A stretch of 64,000 nt of DNA from an uncultured Candidatus Saccharibacteria bacterium (GTDB lineage Bacteria > Patescibacteriota > Minisyncoccia > Phycocordibacterales > UBA5272), in contig CAYJED010000002.1 of assembly GCA_964369115.1 (NCBI GenBank), positions 10,193-74,192 on the forward strand. Reading direction: 5' to 3'. The translations under genes were made by a program, and so were the position numbers. The notes under the pieces were generated by a model. It did not search any database and was not told where the DNA came from. It saw nothing but the letters and a program-made list of their open reading frames with translations. Shown here piece by piece: positions 60,918 through 64,000 of this stretch (its first letter is position 1; every line of letters starts with the position of its first letter).

Positions 60918-60945
60918 GCCAACTGAGCTATCCAAGCGTATTTAC
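60918..60945 (-). pseudogene. tRNA-Phe-like 5' fragment (acceptor + D-arm only)
   Basis: minus strand GCTTGGATAGCTCAGTTGGCAAAG matches 5' 20 nt of tRNA-Phe then diverges. Confidence 0.4.
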
Positions 60946-61035
60946 TTTTAAATTAGGTATTTATAGACTAACGTAAACAGCATTTTCTTAACGAAAATGT
61001 CTCATTATTATAACACAATTTAGATATGGTTTCAA

Positions 61036-61374
61036 TTACTCAGAAATTCCATCTGGAAGAACTTCCTGCGGTCTATTTTTCTTCTCTAAAAACTCATTAA
61101 GTGCTTTAGTTTCTGGGAGCTGATTACGGAGGTTAAAAAACTGATCAAGTGTCTGCTGAATCATTGAGCCGTTTGTTGTAAGTGTAGTGATAAATGGTCG
61201 AACATAGTAGTATGCTCCTCCAACAAAACCAAGAACAAGGAGCCAGTAGAATATCCTTGTGAAGCTAGCAAAATACTGTTGACGACGAATCGATTTAAGG
61301 ACTTCATGATTTTCAAGGGTCATCTCATAAATAGCATCAAGCTTTTCTTCGTTCGTAAGATCTTTTTTACTCAT
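61036..61374 (-). CDS. hypothetical membrane protein
   Basis: 112 aa, central TM helix (YWLLVLGFVGGAYYYV). Confidence 0.45.
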   Translation of the reverse strand: MSKKDLTNEEKLDAIYEMTLENHEVLKSIRRQQYFASFTRIFYWLLVLGFVGGAYYYVRPFITTLTTNGSMIQQTLDQFFNLRNQLPETKALNEFLEKKNRPQEVLPDGISE

Positions 61375-61388
61375 CTAAAAAGTATATC

Positions 61389-61559
61389 ATTTATTATGGT
61401 GCCCTCGGCAGGAATCGGTCACAAAACTACCTCACTTCGTTCGAAGTAGTTTCGCGACCCCTATTCGATTCCTGTCGTACGACACGCAGGTGTCGTACTC
61501 CTAATACCGCAAAATATAAAATACCCATCACTTTGTTAGATGGGTATTTTTATATTTTG
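61389..61559 (-). repeat. tRNA-3'-flank structured repeat, copy B (direct partial copy of tRNA-Arg 3' end ending ...CGAGGGCACCA + GGTCACAAAAC + helix + core TTTCGCGACCCCTATTCGATTCCTG + terminator)
   Basis: 19-bp direct repeat gtgccctcggcaggaatcg at 61399 and 61559; helix AAACTAC/GTAGTTT; inverted copy of tRNA-Arg T-loop/T-stem. Confidence 0.75.
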
Positions 61560-61631
61560 TGCCCTCGGCAGGAATCGAACCTACATCAAAAGCTTAGGAC
61601 GCTTCTGTTCTATCCATTGAACTACGAGGGC
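61560..61631 (-). tRNA. tRNA-Arg (anticodon CCT)
   Basis: Manual cloverleaf: GCCCTCG acceptor, loop GTCCTAA, T-arm GTAGG-TTCGATT-CCTGC, discriminator A. Confidence 0.8.
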
Positions 61632-61653
61632 GATACATAATACTACCATAAAC

Positions 61654-61686
61654 AAAAATACCGTACGAACCGTACGGTATTTTTGT
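61654..61686. terminator. bidirectional terminator
   Basis: aaaaataccgtacg-aa-ccgtacggtattttt. Confidence 0.7.
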
Positions 61687-61697
61687 TGAGCAGACAC

Positions 61698-61955
61698 TTA
61701 CTCTGCAACTTCAAGGAGTTTTGCCATCTCTGCTTGATTAAAACCAACCATAACATTGTCTTCAATTCTAATAACCGGAACTCCAAGCTGACCAGTCATC
61801 TCCATCATTTCTTTACGCTTTTCCATATCCTCAGCCACATTATGGTCTGTAAAAGGAATATGTTTTTCGTTAAGCCAGTCTTTTGCCATATGACAAAAGT
61901 GACAAGACGGAGTACTGTAAATCTCTACTTTTTTATGTGTCTGTGTTGTATCCAT
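61698..61955 (-). CDS. glutaredoxin-like protein (NrdH/YruB type)
   Basis: VEIYSTPSCHFCHMAKDWL CxxC thioredoxin-fold motif, 85 aa. Confidence 0.75.
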   Translation of the reverse strand: MDTTQTHKKVEIYSTPSCHFCHMAKDWLNEKHIPFTDHNVAEDMEKRKEMMEMTGQLGVPVIRIEDNVMVGFNQAEMAKLLEVAE

Positions 61956-62009
61956 ATAAAATGAGTATACCTAAAAAAACACTCATGACAACCTCTCTCT
62001 AAAAAGATT

Positions 62010-62396
62010 CTATTCAAAGACTTTTTTCCACCAAAGGTTTATCTTTTCTCGCGTCGTTATCTCTGTTCTTACTTTAGTTACCGAATTTTTATTATCATCA
62101 TATATAACAATCACCCCTTCACCTTCTTTTACAACAGGATATGTGGTGCGTACATAGGCTTCAAAGCCACGATCACTTTTAATAAACTCTACTTGTTTTT
62201 CTGCGTCACCCACTTTCTTTTCAAGTTCTTTGCGTTCTTTTACTACCTCTTCTTTTTTTTCATTTACCTCCACTCTTTTTGCATTAAGTTCAACAACAGA
62301 ACGAATAAGAAGAATAATCAAAAGAAAAAGCACAAGCATCGTAGCTTTTGAGTAAAATAAAGTTCTTACGATGTGTTTTTGTTGAAATTCTCGCAT
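62010..62396 (-). CDS. septum formation initiator-like (FtsB/DivIC family), putative
   Basis: N-terminal TM, coiled coil, C-terminal YPVVKEGEGVIVI resembling FtsB/DivIC. Confidence 0.4.
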   Translation of the reverse strand: MREFQQKHIVRTLFYSKATMLVLFLLIILLIRSVVELNAKRVEVNEKKEEVVKERKELEKKVGDAEKQVEFIKSDRGFEAYVRTTYPVVKEGEGVIVIYDDNKNSVTKVRTEITTREKINLWWKKVFE

Positions 62397-62461
62397 AGAT
62401 GCGCTAGTATTATAGCTATTCTACCACGCAACCATAACTAAACGCGTGAACAAATAAGACT

Positions 62462-62572
62462 ATGATTTTTAATGCAAAAAACCGAAAAACTGTTCAAAAG
62501 GTGTGGGCAGTTATCTCTATCCTTGTCATCATCAGTATGATTGGATTCTCACTTATCGCCCTCTTCCAGTAA
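62462..62572 (+). CDS. tiny single-TM protein (36 aa), uncertain
   Basis: MIFNAKNRKTVQKVWAVISILVIISMIGFSLIALFQ; followed by bidirectional terminator 62584-62622. Confidence 0.25.
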   Translation: MIFNAKNRKTVQKVWAVISILVIISMIGFSLIALFQ

Positions 62573-62583
62573 GAAATACATGA

Positions 62584-62622
62584 CAAAAAAACAATCTCGC
62601 AACTAGCGAGATTGTTTTTTAT
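62584..62622. terminator. bidirectional terminator
   Basis: caatctcgc-aacta-gcgagattg hairpin flanked by A-run and T-run. Confidence 0.7.
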
Positions 62623-62627
62623 TTCAT

Positions 62628-64000
62628 CTACTTCTCCCCTGGTTTCATCATTTGAAGGAAGGTGTCGTGAGAAATATGCACTTTTCCTTCTGCGAGCATT
62701 CTTTCTTTTCCTCGTTTTTGTTTTTCGCGAAGTTTCATTTTACGAGTAATATCTCCTCCGTACATATATCCAGTCACATCTTTTTTCATTGGAGCAATAG
62801 AGCGAGATGCCACGATACGCCCACGAACATACGCCTGAATCTTCACGCGAAACATTTCTGCAGGAAGAATTTTCTCGAGTTTTTCTACCACTTCTTCAGA
62901 TTCTTCGCGAGCTCTATACTCTGGAATCACACGAGAAAAAGCCGTTACTCGCTCTTCTGCAACGTACACATCAAGTCTCGTTACATCTGCTGGTCGCATC
63001 TCAAGTGGTTCGTAAACAATAGATGCGTACCCACTTGATGCAGACTTTACTTCATTAAAGAAGTTACGCATAAGTTCACGAAGTGGCATAGCAAGCTTGA
63101 TACGCACTCTATCATGCCCCCAATCAGCCAAATCTGACACCGTAGCCTCGTGTGGAGGGAAAAGCTGCATAAGAGGGCTTACATAGTCGTGAGGCGTAAT
63201 GATGGTCAAAAGAATCCATGGCTCCTGTACTGCGGTATATTGACCATGATCAGGGAAATGTATCGGTGTATACACCATTTCTTTCTGACCATTTTTTAGA
63301 GTAACTTCATACGTAATTGAAGGTGTTGTTACTACAAGCTCTTGATCAAACTCACGACGAAGACGTTCAGTAACAATCTCCAAGTGAAGCATACCAAGGA
63401 AGCCACATCTAAATCCACGACCAAGAGCACCAGAGGATTCTTCTTCAAAAGTAAGCGACGAATCAGAAAGCTTCAACTTTCCAAGTGAACTACGAAGGTC
63501 ATCAAACTCATCTTGTGACTCTGGGTATACAGACGCAAATACGATTGGTACAGGTTCAGCGTATCCAGGGAATGCTGGGAGCGGTTTACTTTGTGTTGTC
63601 ACCGTATCTCCAACACGCGCAATACCTGGCTCCTTAATGCCTGTAACAATATATCCAATTTCACCAGCACTAAGCATCTTCCCTTCTTTTTTTGCAGGAG
63701 AAAATGTACCAATCTCACGAATAATAAATTTATGATTTGATTGTGTAAAAAGAAGTGTATCCCCCGCCTTAACGTTACCATCAAGCACACGCACATACAG
63801 AATAACCCCCATGTGATTACTATATTCAAAATCAAAGATAAGTGAACGTGACTGAGAAAATGCAGGTCCACCAAATTCATGTTTTGGTTCTGGAACACGC
63901 TTAATGATTTCTTCAATTAGTTCTTGCACCCCCTCACCTGTTTTTCCTGACACCGCCAAAATATCATCTGGATCACACCCTAAAAGCTCCATAATTTCAG
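62628..64000 (-). CDS. lepA: elongation factor 4 (LepA), C-terminal ~455 aa; N-terminus beyond window
   Basis: LepA-specific C-terminal domain ...GGDITRKMKLREKQKRGKERMLAEGKVHISHDTFLQMMKPGEK. Confidence 0.85.
   Translation of the reverse strand, partial: EIMELLGCDPDDILAVSGKTGEGVQELIEEIIKRVPEPKHEFGGPAFSQSRSLIFDFEYSNHMGVILYVRVLDGNVKAGDTLLFTQSNHKFIIREIGTFSPAKKEGKMLSAGEIGYIVTGIKEPGIARVGDTVTTQSKPLPAFPGYAEPVPIVFASVYPESQDEFDDLRSSLGKLKLSDSSLTFEEESSGALGRGFRCGFLGMLHLEIVTERLRREFDQELVVTTPSITYEVTLKNGQKEMVYTPIHFPDHGQYTAVQEPWILLTIITPHDYVSPLMQLFPPHEATVSDLADWGHDRVRIKLAMPLRELMRNFFNEVKSASSGYASIVYEPLEMRPADVTRLDVYVAEERVTAFSRVIPEYRAREESEEVVEKLEKILPAEMFRVKIQAYVRGRIVASRSIAPMKKDVTGYMYGGDITRKMKLREKQKRGKERMLAEGKVHISHDTFLQMMKPGEK

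Noticed and set aside
60405-60951. Three overlapping ORFs (60405-60854 +, 60634-60897 -, 60700-60951 +)
   Set aside because: They span tRNA-Phe, the 60-bp palindrome and the repeat element. The reading frames are by-products of structured non-coding sequence.
1-64000. CRISPR arrays or cas genes
   Set aside because: I found no regularly spaced direct repeats. The only tandem repeats are the TAGTTAA heptamer and the 45-nt intragenic duplication in the KKA-repeat gene. The Cas4-like nuclease sits next to a UvrD helicase, not cas1/cas2.

Overview
This is a low-GC (~37-40%), densely coded bacterial segment whose gene content resembles a Candidate Phyla Radiation (Patescibacteria)-like genome: pilin-rich, anaerobic ribonucleotide reductase, GatCA, truncated valS.

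From start to end I can support:
- a partial trhO-like gene,
- a minimal AddAB-like helicase/Cas4-type nuclease pair,
- housekeeping genes rpmA, rplI, ctpA, cysS, dnaB, recR, rplU, gatCA and ligA,
- a complete unidirectional type IV pilus/competence cluster (four minor pilins, pilD, pilA, pilC, pilT, pilB, pilPON-like genes, pilM, then comF),
- an Fe-S/anaerobic RNR block (FNR-like reductase, nifU, nifS, nrdG, nrdD),
- murF, secA, hpf, terC, valS, hsp20, grx and lepA (partial),
- five tRNAs: Asp-GTC, Met-CAT, a second CAT tRNA on the opposite strand, Phe-GAA and Arg-CCT.

Most unusual features:
1. A family of about 110-200 bp structured repeats sits immediately 3' of four minus-strand tRNA genes. 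They share a conserved core (GGTCACARA ... TTCGCGACCCCTATTC) and a covarying helix. Each copy carries sequence tailored to its own neighbouring tRNA: an inverted copy of the T-loop/T-stem plus a direct partial copy of the tRNA 3' end. This is a signature of tRNA-targeting integration or a tRNA-mimicking non-coding RNA. Every copy precedes a hypothetical gene.
2. An ~800 bp GC-rich (~58%) single-gene island with its own GC-rich terminator, next to a (TAGTTAA) heptamer repeat.
3. A SET-domain methyltransferase 1.4 kb from a tiny KKAAKKAV-repeat histone-H1-like gene.
4. A gene with an HTH and a possible LAGLIDADG-like motif wedged between two CAU tRNAs.
5. A 2.7 kb islet of unknown genes bracketed by tRNA-linked repeats.
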